Assembly: GCA_965140415.1 (NCBI GenBank)
Contig: OZ223209.1
Coordinates: 3,904,001-3,968,000, forward strand
DNA: 64,000 nucleotides
From: Myxococcota bacterium
Lineage (GTDB): Bacteria > Myxococcota_A > SURF-8
Direction of reading: 5' to 3'
Position 1 is the stretch's first letter. Each line of letters opens with the position of its first letter. Made by a program: the position numbers and the translations under genes. Under the pieces are notes generated by a model that was not told the DNA's origin, searched no databases, and saw only the letters and a program-made list of their open reading frames with translations. Below, piece by piece: positions 63,143 through 64,000 of this stretch.

Positions 63143-64000
63143 ATGCAACCCGTTCTCTTTACTATTCCTTTCGTGAATCTTCCCGTATACGGCTATGGCG
63201 TTATGCTGGGCCTGGCCTTCGTCGCCGGCTGGTATTTAACGGCCTATCTGGCAGAGTGGTATGGCCACAAACCGGAAAACTTTTATATGGCGATGACGCT
63301 GGCCGCCATTTTCTCAATCGTCGGTGCGCGTGTCTTTCACATCCTTTCCAATCCAGATGAAGGCTGGACGCTATGGCGAATGATTAACCTGCGTCAGGGC
63401 GGCCTTGTGGCCTACGGCGGCTACATTTTCGGCATCGGCTCAGGTGTGATTTACTGGATGTACCGCAAACTCAACATCTGGTCGCATCTGGATATTGCCA
63501 CCCCTTGTTTAGCTCTAGGTCTTGGACTCACCCGCATGGGATGCTTTCTCAGAGGCTGCTGCTACGGTGTCCGTACCGAATCCGCCGCCGGAATCAGTTT
63601 TCCGCCGGGAAGCCTTGTTGTGGAGCAGCACAGTCACCGTGGCTGGCACCTGTTGGAAAACGGCTGGTCCACTCCTGTCTTTCCCACCCAGTTATTCGAA
63701 TCGAGTTGGGGATTCTTCCTGTTCGCCCTGACTTTGGGATTGTTGATACTGAAAAGACGGAACAACCGTTTGGCTACACAAGCTGCGGAAAACGCAGAAC
63801 ATCGTGAAGATGTGGACGTAAAGCAAAAGACACCACGTCCAGCAGACGGCATTATCTTCATGTCTTTTGTCGGCCTGTATTCCTTTTTCCGTTTCCTGAT
63901 CGAATTCATTCGCGATGATGGAGGCAGAGGAACCGTGGGTCCGCTATCGACAAGCCAGTTTATCGGCCTGATCCTGGTCGGCATCACGGTATTTTTCGTA
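63143..64000 (+). CDS. lgt: Prolipoprotein diacylglyceryl transferase (partial, runs off the window; absent from the ORF track)
   Basis: Manual translation MQPVLFTIP..YG.M..GAR..GGLVAYGG..RMGCFLRGCCYG..PTQLFES..RFLIEFIR; RBS AGGAG. Confidence 0.93.
   Translation, partial: MQPVLFTIPFVNLPVYGYGVMLGLAFVAGWYLTAYLAEWYGHKPENFYMAMTLAAIFSIVGARVFHILSNPDEGWTLWRMINLRQGGLVAYGGYIFGIGSGVIYWMYRKLNIWSHLDIATPCLALGLGLTRMGCFLRGCCYGVRTESAAGISFPPGSLVVEQHSHRGWHLLENGWSTPVFPTQLFESSWGFFLFALTLGLLILKRRNNRLATQAAENAEHREDVDVKQKTPRPADGIIFMSFVGLYSFFRFLIEFIRDDGGRGTVGPLSTSQFIGLILVGITVFFV

Noticed and set aside
63067-63987. Short ORFs listed in the track at the right end
   Set aside because: They are out-of-frame or antisense to lgt, which starts at 63143 and has no stop inside the window.

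Overview
A 64 kb chromosomal window of medium GC content. Gene content suggests a deltaproteobacterial lineage (Myxococcota/Desulfobacterota-like): tandem PilZ, FHA-TadA, Desulfovibrio-type pyruvate carboxylase and many Cys-rich or acidic lipoproteins. This assignment is an inference. The window holds about 55 genes. Housekeeping genes include dusB, tkt, surE-yqaA-nlpD, coaE, pyc, mutM, scpA-scpB-rluB and lgt (lgt runs off the right end and is absent from the ORF track). It also has a MntA/HepT toxin-antitoxin pair, c-di-GMP genes and a nested REP element. I saw no rRNA, tRNA, CRISPR array, transposase or phage genes. Main findings: (1) A 1298-aa protein fuses an FAD-linked 2-hydroxyacid oxidoreductase to two tandem phosphoserine-aminotransferase folds that have lost complementary catalytic motifs, consistent with a single-chain pseudo-dimer with one active site. 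(2) An operon of two B12-radical SAM enzymes, one twitch/SPASM radical SAM enzyme and a DegT aminotransferase converges on a DUF362-ferredoxin and a YfhO-type GT-C gene. (3) Five unrelated lipoproteins share an acidic DGD-repeat stalk. (4) Two probable pseudoenzymes: an FHA-TadA with dead Walker motifs and an SDR with YxxxK changed to FxxxR. (5) Two structured 5' leaders. All family calls come from recognising motifs by eye; no database searches were run.
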